The position numbers and the translations under genes are program-made. The notes below the pieces were generated by a model. That model saw nothing but the letters and a program-made list of their open reading frames with translations. It searched no databases and was not told where the DNA came from. A stretch of 63,287 nucleotides of DNA, filler included, from Choristocarpus tenellus KU-1152 (lineage: Eukaryota > Protista > Phaeophyceae): assembly GCA_964200185.2 (NCBI GenBank). It is 9 parts of 9 records of this genome, joined end to end, with 100 filler letters (N's around TTAATTAATTAA, not from the genome) between each part and the next. Parts side by side here need not be neighbours in the genome. Positions count along the whole stretch, not along the records: positions 1 to 13,557 come from CAXNAD020001452.1; 8 more parts are not named here. The stretch is one strand, 5' to 3'. Positions 1 through 13,657 of the stretch are shown here, piece by piece (within the stretch, counting starts at the first letter, position 1; each line of letters starts with the position of its first letter).

Positions 1-157
1 CTTGTTCCGGACACATCTTTTCATCACGTATACATTTTACCTACTCCGAAACATTTTGGAGTAGGAAAGCGTCATAAAAAAACCATGGGAAGTCAAAATG
101 GTATACCCCAAATGGACAAATAGGGCAAAGCTCGTACCCTCTAAGATACTTTTACTC
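1..157 (-). mobile_element. MITE family A, partial
   Basis: Ends TACCCTCTAAGATACTTTTACTC; same internal sequence as the full copies. Confidence 0.9.
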
Positions 158-1063
158 AAATTGTAACCTGACTGGGACTGTGACCACTTTGTAATATAGA
201 TGGCAAGAGGTCTGCAACCTGTTGATCTCCTCATAGTAGTGTTAGGAAGTATGCCCAGAGACATACGTCAAACACTTTGTTGTTTGAGGTATAGACGCAG
301 TTCCCCTTTCAATATTTTCGTTCGGTTTCTGAGTACTACTGTGTAGGCCTGTCCAACCCTAACCCTATCGATCTACATAACTGTGAGTGTATTGGCTTTG
401 CTGTGGTAAGAGATGGTTGTGGCGGGATCACCAATCTTACCGTTCAATTTTGTAAATTTGTTTATTTATATGTTTATGTGTAAGTAATATAATGTTTGCA
501 GTGCAGTTGCGATTGTAGTTACCATTTGGTTCTACAGTATGTTGAGGTCTAAGATTGGACTTTCTTTTTTTGTTCACAGTACCCCATCCATGCTAACTTC
601 CAGGAGTGTTGAATATCCCTAGGAAATATATTTGTAGCATGTTTTCATTTTTTAGCAAGACAATCGTGGCGTACAAGAGGCACACAATTTGCAGTAGAAT
701 TAGACAGGTTGATTTTCCAATTGATACTCCAATTGATACACATAGCCCTAATCCTAATCTTGATCCTACACTGAAGACCCAAATTTCATCCCAACACAAG
801 TTAACTTCAACATGGAAGGGCAGTAGCGGGAACCAAGACATTTTTGTTCTTTTTCTTTTTGAACTGCACTTTTGTCCCTATCCCTCTCCATGACTGTAAC
901 TGCAACTGTAAGTGTGACTATAATTCAATTTAATCCCTAGTCCTATTCGTAACTGTAACTACGTTCCAAAGATATCCCTAACTCTAGCCTTAACTCTAAC
1001 TTGATACTTCACTGTATATCACCCCAGCCTCCTATATAACTCTTGTATTCTTTTGTGCCAAAG

Positions 1064-4000
1064 GTTAATGGACTTGTGGAACGACTAAAGGGCAACAGAC
1101 CAACAATGACCAGAGCCAACAGCTCCTATCACTCTATTCCAGAGGCTGCTCCCATGCATGCCCCACCAGCTGAAGAAGTGTGCACAGTGCTTGGTGTGGG
1201 GGAGGTGGTGACATCAGAGAAGGTCAGCCGCCGATACCTATACCTCGATTGGAGAAGTGAGGATTACTGTAGGAAGTGAGAACAATTGTTCGAGGTTTGG
1301 ACTTTTGGCTCTAGAATAACTTGCATGTTCCTCTTCCTCTTCTGAGTATGTTTGTTGTTTATAGTATTTCCGATATTTTTCATACGTCCTGTTAGCCTTA
1401 CTTACTTGTGGGCACTGTGTAGATCTAAGAAGTGAAGCTTTTTGAAGGGCAAGACCAAGAATCATTGGAATTTGCAAGAATGAAGCGATTTGTGTTTGTG
1501 TCTCTGCTGGTCACACACCTAAACCAATTGTATGAGTCAAGGGCACTTTCTGACCCCCCAAAATTTGAATATTTTCTTCTTTTAATTCTTGTGTGAAAAT
1601 AACCTGTGTACATGTGCTAAATATGCTTTGAGTAGTCATTCATTATTTCCGTCCTAGCCCTTACCCTTACCCTAACCCTAACCCTAACCCAAAGATCCTC
1701 ATTTGCACACAAGTCGCATGTCCCACCAAGTATAATGGTCTAGCTAAGCTGCTTCAAATGTATTTTTTTTCTGAGTATTGGTTTAATTTGTTTTTTTTCA
1801 GAATCAATGATTCAATGTTAATAATTATGTTGATAGAGCATTTTTATTCAAGTATATATTAAAACCTCTATTCTGCTTTTGCTTTGTAGCACCCTAATCA
1901 TTAATCTGTGTTGACTGACAAGCAGGTACCCAAAGAATTGCAGATTGAATTGTAGATTGATGGGAAAATTTTCCTCCTTGCCAAATGTCGATCTCCACTG
2001 TCTCCGGGGCAATTGAATTGCATGAAATAATTTATGTTAAATTTTATGCCAGTATGTTGTAAGGGTTGATGGCCTACTGCACTGTATACAGAATAATAGT
2101 ATTATTATACTATTAACAGTAGTAGTTTTCAATGACAAGAATACACCAAGTTTTTGTTTTTTTGTGGAAACACATGCTATTCTACATACAAAGGGACATT
2201 TTTTTGTGCCTTCTCCCCTACTAATAGCCCTGCAAGCCCAAACACATTGACCAAGGAACTTTAATACAAGGCGAATACATGACTGAATTTCATTGACTCA
2301 ATGTGACAAAGAGGGACACATTTAGGTTTTCACTCACATCACTCGTTTTTTTGTGGTTTTTTGATTGTTACTTTTGAATTGCAACGCTAACAAACACTCC
2401 AGTCTTTAGTACACCATGTGGACATGTCCAGTGATGGGACAACAGATCACGAGGACCAAGATCAAGACCATGACAACCTCGATGATGACTCAACTGCCTC
2501 CTCCTGGGCAGTGTCTTCCAAGGCTGCGGGTCAGGTGCCCAGGGGGGAGGCATTGTCTGGGAAGGGCTTAGCAAGGTCTCAATTGCTGGGAGGAGGAAGG
2601 AAAAGGTCGTTGGGGTTGGAGGAGGAGTGGACGCAGGCCAAGTATGATCGGGTAAGGGTCGTTTTTTGTGGCTTGGTCATGAATGGGTTATTGTTGGTGT
2701 TGATGTTGAATTGTGCGTTTTTTTATAGATAGTTGGGGGTCTCTGTCTATCATTTTTTAAAGATTTATCTCTCTGAGACTGACCAATAAGACGTTCAATG
2801 CTGTCTCTTTGAGGGTAAGAACACAATTAGGATGTCCATGTTCTGTGTAGTTGAAATTTTTGTATTATATGTGGTGTTGCAACTGGTCTTAAGGCCTTTC
2901 GAAGACTTTTTGAAGACTATTCGTAGTGTCCATTTTGACTACAGTGAGGCACTAGAGTGTTTCTTCAATCTACTTTATGACCCAGATATTGAGACACCTG
3001 CAGAAACAGGCACTAAACATATCTTTTTATTTCAAAAACCCAATTCTCTATTTTTTATTTTTATTTCTTATCTTCGTTTGAATAATAGAGTGCTTTATGA
3101 TAAGCAGTTTGGGTGTGCAATTTGAACAATAGAGTGCTTTATGATAAGCAGTTTGGGTGTGTGCAATTTGAACAATAGAGTACTTTATGATAAGCAGTTT
3201 GGGTGTGTGCAATTTGAATAATAGAGTGCTTTATGATAAGCAGTTTGGGTGTGTGCAATTTGACGTCACTGGAAATTAAAAAAATAAAGCATTTTGAGTA
3301 CCTGATGGTTTTGATTGGGTGGTGAGGGTGATATTTCCAGATAACTCAGAACAATGTGAAGTGGAAGAAGGTCCAACTTCATTTCAAGAGATAGTGGTTC
3401 ATGATATCGTTGACAAATCAATAAACTTTACTGAAAAGTATCGTGTGGAAACATTTTATGCATGGTAGCTTAATTTTATAAATAAAATCAGTAGCAGCCC
3501 TGTTCCAAGTGCTGTTTTTTCTCCAGTACCAGTGTGTTGTCGGTCTTTAGCTGCCTCTAATTGTTTACATTCCAATCATTATATGCCCTGAAAAAGTAAT
3601 AACTTACCTGAGTTCGATCCAGCCCCAAATTCCTTTTGCCCCAAATCCTATCCCAGCTGCGAGATCTGATGTTACGCCTGTCCAAGGAGTACCCTGGAGA
3701 CATTGGGATTATGATGCCTCTCCTTCTCAACTACATAACCATGAGACCGGGAGAGGCCTTCTTTATGGCAGCCAATGAACCCCACGCTTACCTGAAGGGT
3801 GACATCATGGAGGTCAGCGAAGAGAAGAGGGGTTTAGGGTTGGGGTCAGGGTTGGGGTCGATAATTCAATATCGAAAATTACTCTTTGGATGTGTGGTAC
3901 TTTGATGAGTATGATTCATGGTTATTTCTTTTCCAACCCTGACCCTAACCCTAACCCTAACCTGTTTTCTGTTTTGGGCATTTCATGTACGTAAATTATC

Positions 4001-6471
4001 ATTTGATCATGAGAGGTGAAGGAGACTTTGGGGGTTGTAGGATGGGGACAGGGGGTGTAATATGGGAATATGGAATGTTGTTCGATATTGCAGTGAATAG
4101 GAAAGTCTTAGTTATGGCTAGACCCTTGCATCTACTGACCGCCTTGGTATCTCAACACCTATGCTCATCCCCAATGTATACCAATTTACACAATCTCCAT
4201 GTAATGTAGATTGTTGTGGAGCTGATAGGTAGCAATGACTCCAGTGTTAAGTCTTCTCTTAGTGTTGTAGCACCTGCCTGTCTGAAAGGTTATTCCTCAT
4301 TGATCATGCTGCATCAGGTCATGGCAAGGTCTGACAATGTGGTTCGAGTGGCACTTACTCCAAAGTATCGTGATGTGCCCCTCCTGTGTGAGATTCTAAC
4401 CTACAATATGGGGGCACCTCCCATGGTGGAGCCTGTGAGGGTTGACACATTTCGCAAGAGATACTCCCCTCCGATAAAGGACTTTGAGTTGGATGACATC
4501 ATGGTGAGATATCCCCCCCCCCCTTTTTTTTTAAACGTATTTTTGGACAGTTTTAAAGTCTTGTATTTGACCTCAACTCCTGCCTTGTATTTGGTTGTGA
4601 AGGAATTGAAATTTGGTGGTAGGTACAAGCAGAGTCAGCCAATATATTAGCAGTAGTGTTTTAGAAAGTATTTACGTGATGTCACTGATATACAAATAAT
4701 CATATCATGGTGCTCAAGATGAGGGATAGGGGAGGTTGCAAGACGGGGATGCATCTTGTTGTTTCCACAATAAGGACAAGTGTAACCCTAACCCTCATGC
4801 ACCTAGTGCAACTCAACGGGTTCACATTGTACTCAACAGAGACAATATTGAGTGAAGGGTCTTGAGTGTTTGCCGGACAGTGGATAATACAGAGCAAGTA
4901 GCGCCCACTGTTAACAGAAAAAAGAAACAGAAAGCAGACATTTCAGAACAATTTTTCCTGATTATTGTGGTTACAGTAGGTACTACTCCCCGACTGGACC
5001 TGAGCGTCAGCTGAAGAATAGACTTGGATCCTTCCATTTAAACTTTACTGTTTTTTCTTGTTTCATGTTACTTTCGTGATACTTTCATTTATGTTTCATT
5101 TATCGCTTTCTCTGCTCTGAAAGATACAAAAATATTTGTGAAACAGTATGAGAGTAAGAAATCTAGATGACCGCACCACATAGGTTGTTTTGGACATGCT
5201 TGAGATTTTTATTAGTCAATTGGTGTTACAGGGTGATGATCATAGTTGAGGGTTACTAATCATGACATGTTAGAAAAACACTGAGTGTGACAAGCTACAT
5301 CACGTCTTTCCCCAGTAAACCAAGAGATGATGTAGAGCAAATGAAATAACTATTTTAGGGAGAGTGGCACAAGACATTGTAGACTTCCCTATGTAACCTT
5401 GATGTTCACCTGAGGAGTGCACTGTGTACCTCACTGGTGGAGTGTTGTAGACTTAGTAGGCGTGGACTTTAAACGGTCTTGTAGCTGTCTAGAGGTTATG
5501 GAAGAATTAAGAATGAGGAGTCAAGAAGGTGGGAGGTTGTGGGGTTAGGGTTAGCTCATGTGTGCTCTGTTCCAAAGGTGGCAAAGTGCAACTGCAGGGA
5601 AATATGGCGCATTGTGTCCAGCAGGTGTAGGGGGGCATGTTTGGTTTGGTGTGGAGGGATATCCATGTTTTTTCCGACAGAGGATATTAAATCAGGCCTT
5701 AATATTGAATATTTATTTGGTCCTCGAGCAGGATCCTATTTGATCCTTTTCCCTTACAAAATTTGGAAATAGCCCATGAAGGGCAGGAATTACTTGAAAA
5801 ACATTGGGACTTCAACTGTGCCAGACCACAATTGGTGCCACAGAAATACTGATGGGTTAGGGTTAGGGTTAGGATTGGATCTTTATTCAAGGTGTCTGAA
5901 TCCAGACTGGCTATCGAGTGAAAACTTTCATAATTCTAAATGGTCACTTCTGAAGAAAGATTACATTGTGCCAGTCTGTGGATCCCATCTTTCACGAACC
6001 TCAGTAGTCCAGGGACTCAACTGTTCAGAAACATGTGAACCCAGGCTGACCCAATGACCGGACCTTTCCACGTGTTCTCCCCCAAAGACAGTTTTTTGCC
6101 TCATCCCCTGTCCCAGTTACCCTCGCCAACATCTAGTTGTTTAACATCTAGTGATAACCTTTGACCGTGATATCCAACTTGTACATAATAACAAAAACAA
6201 ATACATTGCCTGTCAGGTTCCAGCAGGAGAAGAGTATTCTACTCCTACCTTACCAGTGGCCTCTCTGGGTATAGTGCTTGAGGGCAGAGGGAGTGGGTGC
6301 GATGGTCTCACATCTCAGAAGGTGTGGCCAGGTGTGGTCGTATTTATCCCTGCCAGGACACCGGTGACCCTTACCTCAACTGGAGGCACCCTTCTGCGCA
6401 TGTGCTTGGCACACACCAACATGAACTATTTCTCTTCTCACGATTATTGTCATGATGAAGGAGGAATGTGA
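1064..6471 (+). CDS. MPI: Mannose-6-phosphate isomerase (phosphomannose isomerase type I), 5'-partial, 5 exons
   Basis: join(1064..1222,2403..2651,3657..3812,4318..4503,6217..6471), all AG/GT boundaries, phase 0. Motifs [59 protein letters not shown] and the C-terminal cupin (IVLEGRG...GVVVFIPA) match PMI type I. Confidence 0.92.
3077..3263. repeat. Intronic minisatellite, 4 x 44-46 bp
   Basis: TTTGAA(T/C)AATAGAGTGCTTTATGATAAGCAGTTTGGGTGT(GT)GCAA repeated with no spacers. Confidence 0.95.
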
Positions 6472-9400
6472 TATGTTGAGGTTGACCCTTATATTTGAGA
6501 TAATATTAGAAGATTACAGGAATATTGTGGAATTTGCACAATTGAACAACCTTTCTTTTAGTGTATTGGCCACATAGTTGGTATTCTTAGTGGAATCGTA
6601 GCTGGGAATGAGTAGGTACTGAGAACTGAAATTTTCTACAAGATCCTGTCCTGCTGCTCCCACCTCCTTGGTTGGATTGGACAAAATCAACCTGTGATGA
6701 ATTAAGGGTGAGGTATGTGTGAGGACAGAATGATCAATTAGAACCACCATTGGTAGGACACTCAAGATAGTTCAGTGTTTTCTACAAAGAAAAATTCTTT
6801 GGTGTGGATGGTAATTGTGTAATATACACTCTGCTCAGCATCCAGGTTTCAGACTCAGTGTAGATCGACTTTCTTTCGTTGGGGAGGGTTAAAATGCCAA
6901 GTTTTTTTTTCTTCCCAGTATGGCATATTGTAGGATTGTACATGGTGTGGTTGTTGTAGGTTACATCTTACTGGTGCTTTATACTAGTATTTTATACTGT
7001 AGTTTTTCGTCTCAGCAGGGAGTTGATTAAGGCTATTCGTAGAGTGTAAGACTCTTTTCTCACGACATGTAACCTATCCCAATGGCACAGTTGTTCCCCT
7101 TGGGTAGCAACACAGTAGCGGTGTAGGCATCTAAGTGAAGTATAGGAAAGGCCACAGTAGGGCTTAATTCTGTCCAGAATTGAATGTGGCTAGATGTGGT
7201 TTGGCACGATTTGTTGCACATGTTCCACGTATGAGACAAGGAACACGGTGGGTGTTCCTGTCACCCTATTAATGGTGACCACATGTTAGAGCAATATTCC
7301 ATGCTAGGTATGTGTGATAGTTATCTATTCTCTATGTAACCGATGAGTTCTTTTTATTCCTGACAAACATGTTAGTTGTGGACAATGCAGGATTTGGTTG
7401 GAATTTTTTTTTGTATTGGGATCTTGTGCATTCTTCGTTGCTGTATTTTCTCCAATTGGCGATGTGGTAAGAGGAGCTTGCATTTTTCCTAGAATTGCTG
7501 TGCATAATTCAATATTTACAATGAGACATGCTCCAAAATTTGGCTTCAATTTTGGAAGGACATGTGAATGTCAGTGACAATTCATCTACCACCTAGTGTA
7601 GTATTTGTGGAGTGCACTTGTAGGTGCACACATTCTATCTGCTCCTAATAAATCTCCATTTGTAATGCATTTGCATCATGACAAGTACCCTGAGTTGTCT
7701 TTGTTTCTACGTGAAGCAATACCAGGGGAGACTGCTTAATGATCTCTTGCATCCCAGGTGAACACAGTCCCTGTGGTGATGTTTATCTGCTGTTAGGCTG
7801 TCATAACATGATGGAATGGGATAATTGACTCCTAGTATGAATACTGAAAGTAAGCAGAGTTGGAAAAACCGAGTCTACGCCCGGTTGTCTGATCTATTTT
7901 TCTGGATGTCTCACAATGGTGTAAGCTATAATACTACATAGATCTATATATAATTGGGTCTTTTTTTGGTTCAATTTATTATTTCTTCTGTTACCTGTTC
8001 CTGCATCATCGTTGTGTGTGGATGGCAATAACAACCTACTTGAGATCAACCATTCAGCACAACAGAAATCATTATCAGTCGGACTAGTAAGGTGACGCAT
8101 GCGTGAGGATTTTCGTAACTTGTACATTTAATGTTTTTCTCTCTCAACTCTTGAATATTCTATTATTATGCCCTCTGACATTTTGCAGATGTGTCAGGGG
8201 GCATAATAATAAAAACTACTAACATGTCAGAAAAATCCCTAAAAAAGTAACAGTTCTCATAAATGTGAAAAACATTAACCTACTGACTATTTACTATTTT
8301 ACTACCAGGTATATGCTGTACCGCTGTGTCGCCAATCATATCAGAGCTTTTAGCTTTCTGCTTTATTCCGAACCAATCATTGAGGGCTCACTGTATTTTA
8401 AGGTAACACCTTCGGTAGAAGCAATGGTTAAGAAGCACTCTAAACCAGTCCTCTTGTTTGAAGTGTGGCACTATGTAGTACCTACCTTGAATTTGTTCAG
8501 GAATATACATGTATAGTGATGTACTCCAGAGTATCGGTCCGACTACATCTGTTGCGTTTATGGATAGAGTTAAAGGTTGTAGCCCTCACTATGACCACAG
8601 GAGGTCCAGGTACCTACCTCCAGCCAGATAGTGAAGACACATGACTCCCTGTGACGATATAATACATATATATATATACATATATATGTCGCCAGGTGGG
8701 GTGCATATCCATGGAGTAGTAGGGATGTAAGTGGAACGAACAAGGTAACATAACACTGGACGCCAATTATTAACTATCATCCAATACCAGCACAGGCGAA
8801 AGGCTAACCCAAAAACTACAGTATGCCCGCCCTATACAAAGAAGCACCTGCTGATTGACTATCGCCCTCCAGTTTTTGTCGAAGCAGTTCTACAAACTTC
8901 ATGGACAATTCATACTCCATGTGCTAGAGTCGCCAGAAAGGCCGCTCTGTTAGGTAATCTGTAAGTGGTTGTCAAAGGTCGATAGGTTCCCATTCAACGA
9001 CAGCAGTACCAGACCTAGAGATGGCGGAATATACACTTCGTGTATCCAAGGTCACCAGTAGGTTCCAAAACATGTGTATGTAGACCTTTGGGCTGGTTTT
9101 GTATGAATTCTCTAACTTCTTCAACCTCATTATAACTACTTCAACCTCATGTTACTCCATATCTTCCCATTCCCGTCTGAATATGCCCTCATCTAAATCA
9201 AGCATGCCCTCCTCTGGACTATGGATATCCTTGTCTAGACCAAGCAATGTTTGTAAACTCTGTTTAGAGGTGCCTAGGGGAAGAAGTAGTGCTCAATGTC
9301 TTTGTTCCATGAAACCTTGGCTAACCATGCAGTCAATCTAGGAACGTAAACAGTTAGCCCTGAAACGTATTCCAGAAATCGGAAAAAAACTCGAGTCCTG

Positions 9401-10536
9401 CTAATTTCCCAATTTTCGTCAGACAAGAAAGGGAAACCTTACGAAGTAATGTGAGTTTTGTGAGTGTGAGACTTCGCAAGGGGAAATAAGTATAGTAGGT
9501 GACTGTTGACAGAGAAAGAAGAAAAGGTTTGGAGGGTAGACGGAAAGTTAAAGACTGGATGGCTGGGAGGCAGATCATGTGATCGAGAAGTTCAAGGGAA
9601 ATGAGTGGTAAGTGAAGGAATGGGGTAGAAAGGACTGGTGCAGAATGAAAGGAAAAACTAATGGCGTACGTGGGAGGGCAGGAAGAGGCAAGATCAAGGC
9701 AACTTCTAGGCAATCTTTCAACTGGATGGCAGAGCAAGGGAAGTCAGGAGGTGTCGACCCGTTGCTCCCTGTGGGCTGGCCTTATGAGAAGATCAGAGAG
9801 GGAACGGGGAGAGGGGAAGAATAGTGGTAGGGGAGTTGAGGAAAAGGAGTCCAGGGAAGAAAGTCATCAAAGGACAGAAAGGGTGGCTAATCAAATCCAG
9901 GAGGAGGTGGAGTGAGCGAGGAGAGACATGGAATACATTGATACTACATGTTAGTTGCAAACATTCCGTTCTTCCTTTAGGGAGGGGATGCATTGTCCAT
10001 ATGAGAAGAACAGTAAGCGTATTCTTGGTAAGACGGTGGATGTGACCTAGACAGTGGTGGAATTACTGACCCAACTGACAGCCTCTATCATAAAATAATT
10101 AATGAATCATAGATGGATGTCAGGTATGTCTTTCGTGAAGTACGGGTTGAACCAGAGGGGGTGGCTAGGTTTGGGTATACTGTTGGAGAGCTCGTGGTTG
10201 TAGATTTCCGGCCTTAGTTCGGATGGAGGAGTAATCCAGGATGACTGGATTGAATAGCGAGTGCCTCAGAATTTTCTCGTTGCAAACAAACCCCTCATCT
10301 GCTGCTGTGATCCCTGAAACCCAAAAAATTACTGCAGGTGTGGGACAGTCTTTACACAAAGGAACGAGGCAGATATGTGAGTTGCATAAGACATGGAAGA
10401 TTCAAGAAGTGGTAGGGGGGGGGGTAGATGACACTTTTTTTGCTAGGATACATGTGGACGTCAGTATTCTTGTAGAGATGCCATGGATTGAGGATGGGAG
10501 GAGAATACAATGGGTGACCATTTCCCTCATGTCTGA

Positions 10537-10795
10537 GAGTCAACGTAAACGAGAGGTACCCAGAGTTGTATTTTAAGGATGCTGACAAAAATGTGCAAAT
10601 TTCGGGGGTTTTACAAATGCGGGTTGGATATTTTTTGAATTGTGTCCAAAGTTCTTAAACAATATAGATAAAAATTCTACAAAGTCAAACGTAGAATTTC
10701 ATCCATACAAACATACCGGTGAATTCCGAGAGATTGAAAAAACTGGCTTATATACAAAACGGTCAAAAACCAGATATCTCTCGTTTATTTTTTAG
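10537..10795 (+). mobile_element. MITE family C
   Basis: GAGTCAACGTAAACGAGAGGTAC start, homologous to 25917-26168. Confidence 0.7.
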
Positions 10796-10829
10796 ATTAA
10801 AAGCGTACAAGTTGGCACGCTGCGCAAGT

Positions 10830-12720
10830 AGTAGTTGGGTGGAAGATTAATACTGAGGCTATGATGATTGCGTTACTGTAGGGTAAATAAGCAAGGCTGA
10901 AGGGGTTGTTAGAGGAGTGGCTGGAGTCAAGGATATTAGCCCGTGGATGGGATATGTGGGTACTGATATGAAAACTTGTTCATATTTCTCACCTTATCCG
11001 CCTCAGCTGTTTTTTTCTTTGGCGGCTGGTGCACCTGTTGGGGGCTACACTAGCATGGGGGTTGGTTGGGGAGGAGTGCCAAAGAGAACAGAGTGCAGAA
11101 GTATGGGAAGGAGATAAACAGTCATAGTCAACGAATTTGAGGAAGATTTGTATTGGTGGAGGTGGGTTATAGATTGGGCACTAGCAGATGTAGGCGGGAA
11201 AACTTGAGTTCACCCTTTCTGGGGTTTGTGTATCATCTATCACTGGTGACTTGGTTTTCAGATATATTCTTTACAGCAGTAGGGGGATACAATATAGAAA
11301 TGTGCAAGTGGTGGAGGTATGCTTTCGCAGAAAGTGTGAAGAAAGACATTGCGGCGAGTGCAGTTGGGGGGGAGAGAGGTAGTATATCCATTAAGGTACT
11401 GGGACTATTGGGGATGGTAGTAAACTCGTGGTTACTGGTAGTTAACGGAAGAGGAAGGGCATAGAAGAAAGGAGACCCGTTCGTACTGAGAGGGGACAAT
11501 AAATCGGTAGTGCATTGGTTTGGAAAGTGTGGGGGGGCAAAGGATACTAGGGCATGGAGGTTGATGAGGGTATTGGGAGTGCTACAGATAGCAGGGGAAT
11601 GGTCTATTTTTCGCAGAGCACATTCCGGGAAAGGAGAATGACTTGGCAGATGACATATCGAAATAGGATAAGGATAGGATCCAATCTAACTTCAACACCC
11701 TTCTCCATGTGTCCGTTGGCAGGGGCAGCCCCTGGGTCGACAAGGGGAGATATTGTGTTTGAGTGCCTTGCATTCTTGTTCGCCAGATAAATGGTTGCTC
11801 CTTCTGCTCAGAAGTGCTGTGAAGCAGCAGTTCCAGAACAGCAGTCTGAGTTCCGTGCGTATAGAGAATTGAATAGGTGGTTGTACCTCAGGAGTCAGGA
11901 CCTACATATCGTAAAGGTTCTCGGGAATTCATATGCTTTTGTTGTGGGAGTAAGAGGAACTAAGTAGGTACAATATAGAGTAAGATTTCAGCTATTCAGT
12001 ACAACCACAAACATTTCCTGAACTTCCAACTATCAATCCAACATTTTCTCTCGTCCTCAGTGTTGAAGGATATAAGTAGAAGTCATACAGAGGGGGGTAA
12101 CCAGCCTAAGACGAGGAGACCACTGACATGGAAGGTGATTGTAGAAACAAATAGTGCATGAGAATGTTAGGAAAGAAAGGAGGACTAACGAGGCTAGGTC
12201 TATGCTCCTCATTCTTCTTTCTAATGCAGAGCATCAGAACTGTAGGTGTATGATGAGGGAGAGGGAGATCATGTAGATTTCGCAGTGACAAGGAGAGATA
12301 TGGTGTTTAGGAGGGGAGTTGTCAGATTGGATTGGAAGAATAGACACCAGGCAGAGAAGGTGGAGGCGACCTTTCCAGGGTTAGAGGGGGATCAGGGAAG
12401 GAAGGGAGCGACATTGACGAGGTACAAAGTGGAAGGGCAGGTAGATATCTTATAGTTCAAAGGTACGGTATGGGAGTGGATGGTTGGAGTGTTCTTGGAT
12501 GAATGTGGAGCGTTGTGGAGCGTTGTGGAGTGGTGTTGAGTTGTGTTGAGTTGTGTGGTGTGGTGGAGAATGGTATGTTGTGGAGTAGTGGACAATGGTG
12601 CGGAGTGTGTGGAGTGGTGTGGTGGAGAGTATTTTGGGGGAAGGTGTAGTGTTGTAGAGTGTGGTGGAGCAAGGTGGAGTACATTCGTCGATTTATGCTG
12701 CAGTGGTAGGTGATTACGTA
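10830..12720 (+). mobile_element. Degenerate tyrosine-recombinase (DIRS/Ngaro-like) retrotransposon, YR C-terminus deleted
   Basis: RNase H LRGDNKSVVHW...EHIPGKENDLADDIS; YR N-part RRPLTW, RASEL, DFAVTRRDMVF...DQGRKGATLTR. The GTGGA/GTTGA-rich tail is shared with the 42.7-44.6 kb copy. Confidence 0.75.
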
Positions 12721-12761
12721 CGCGAAATTTGGCCAAATTGGTTGGTGATTGGATAGGCAGA

Positions 12762-12940
12762 GTCTCAAAGTATCTGGGGGGGGGGTAGCGGCTGTCCGTT
12801 TGGGTCACATTTTTCCATGTCGCGATTTTTGGGTGATTTGGTTGCATACGTCGGATAGATAATGTAAGTTCACTTCTCCTGGTCATGGACCGATTGGACA
12901 CCCTTGTGTAGATCCCCCCCTCCCCCAGATACTTTGTGTC
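12762..12940. mobile_element. MITE family G (TIR CAAAGTATCTGGGGG), about 180 bp
   Basis: Inverted termini; CAGAG on both sides. Confidence 0.85.
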
Positions 12941-13498
12941 AGAGTTGGTCGCATAATCTGTGATGTACAAGGATAGTGTGGTAAATGGAAGGACAAGTGA
13001 TGTTAAATTGGTTGAGGAGGAGGAGAGGGGGGAGAGTGGAATGAATAGTAAGACGAGGCCATCTAAATTGCCCAGATTTCGTGAGCAAACGTAAACAAGA
13101 ATGAGGGATTCAACCAGAAATTTTGAAGATTTTGACAAATTTAGCAGGGTGGACCCTTTGCAGTAGTAGTATAGTACCAAGATAAACTGAAATAGGCAAC
13201 TCACACCTTGAAAAACAACCCTTTTCCCATCTCCTGCTACAATTCCTGTATACCTAAATCCTACTACTGCTGCTGTAAGATACACCCAACATACTAATAA
13301 ATGTCGAAAATCACAGTATGGATTAGCAACCTTGAAGTTAAGGTATCGTGTAGGGGTCCATATCCTTACTGCTATATGATGACTCAGTTCAATGAAAGGA
13401 GTCAAAATATTTAAGAGGGAGGCAGGGTTACATGTCGAGGATCCCGAGAAAGGGCATAATTGTGCCATTTTGTATAATTGCAGAAGAGTCTTTTCTGA

Positions 13499-13557
13499 GA
13501 GCCAAAGTATCTTAGAGGGTAGAGCCGCGTCCATTTGGGACCAAAATCCAATTTTGC
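13499..13557 (-). mobile_element. MITE family A, truncated by contig end
   Basis: TIR GAGCCAAAGTATCTTAGAGGGTA. Confidence 0.85.
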
Positions 13558-13657
13558 NNNNNNNNNNNNNNNNNNNNNNNNNNNNNNNNNNNNNNNNNNN
13601 NTTAATTAATTAANNNNNNNNNNNNNNNNNNNNNNNNNNNNNNNNNNNNNNNNNNNN
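13558..13657. other. Artificial contig spacer N44-TTAATTAATTAA-N44
   Basis: Identical 100-nt spacers with stops in all six frames also occur at 18579-18678, 23191-23290, 35846-35945, 41387-41486, 45495-45594, 50825-50924 and 57404-57503. Confidence 0.97.

Noticed and set aside
37-264. Recurrent ORF peptides such as SESILEGTSFALFVHLG and LPSKIL
   Set aside because: These are translations of MITE family A termini, not a protein family.
3077-3263. CRISPR-like repeat array
   Set aside because: Units are contiguous with no unique spacers, in a eukaryotic intron. The same applies to 40040-40730.
12392-13534. 380-aa minus-strand ORF
   Set aside because: It is a chimeric open frame crossing a MITE A end, a MITE G and the low-complexity YR-element tail, with no coherent protein.
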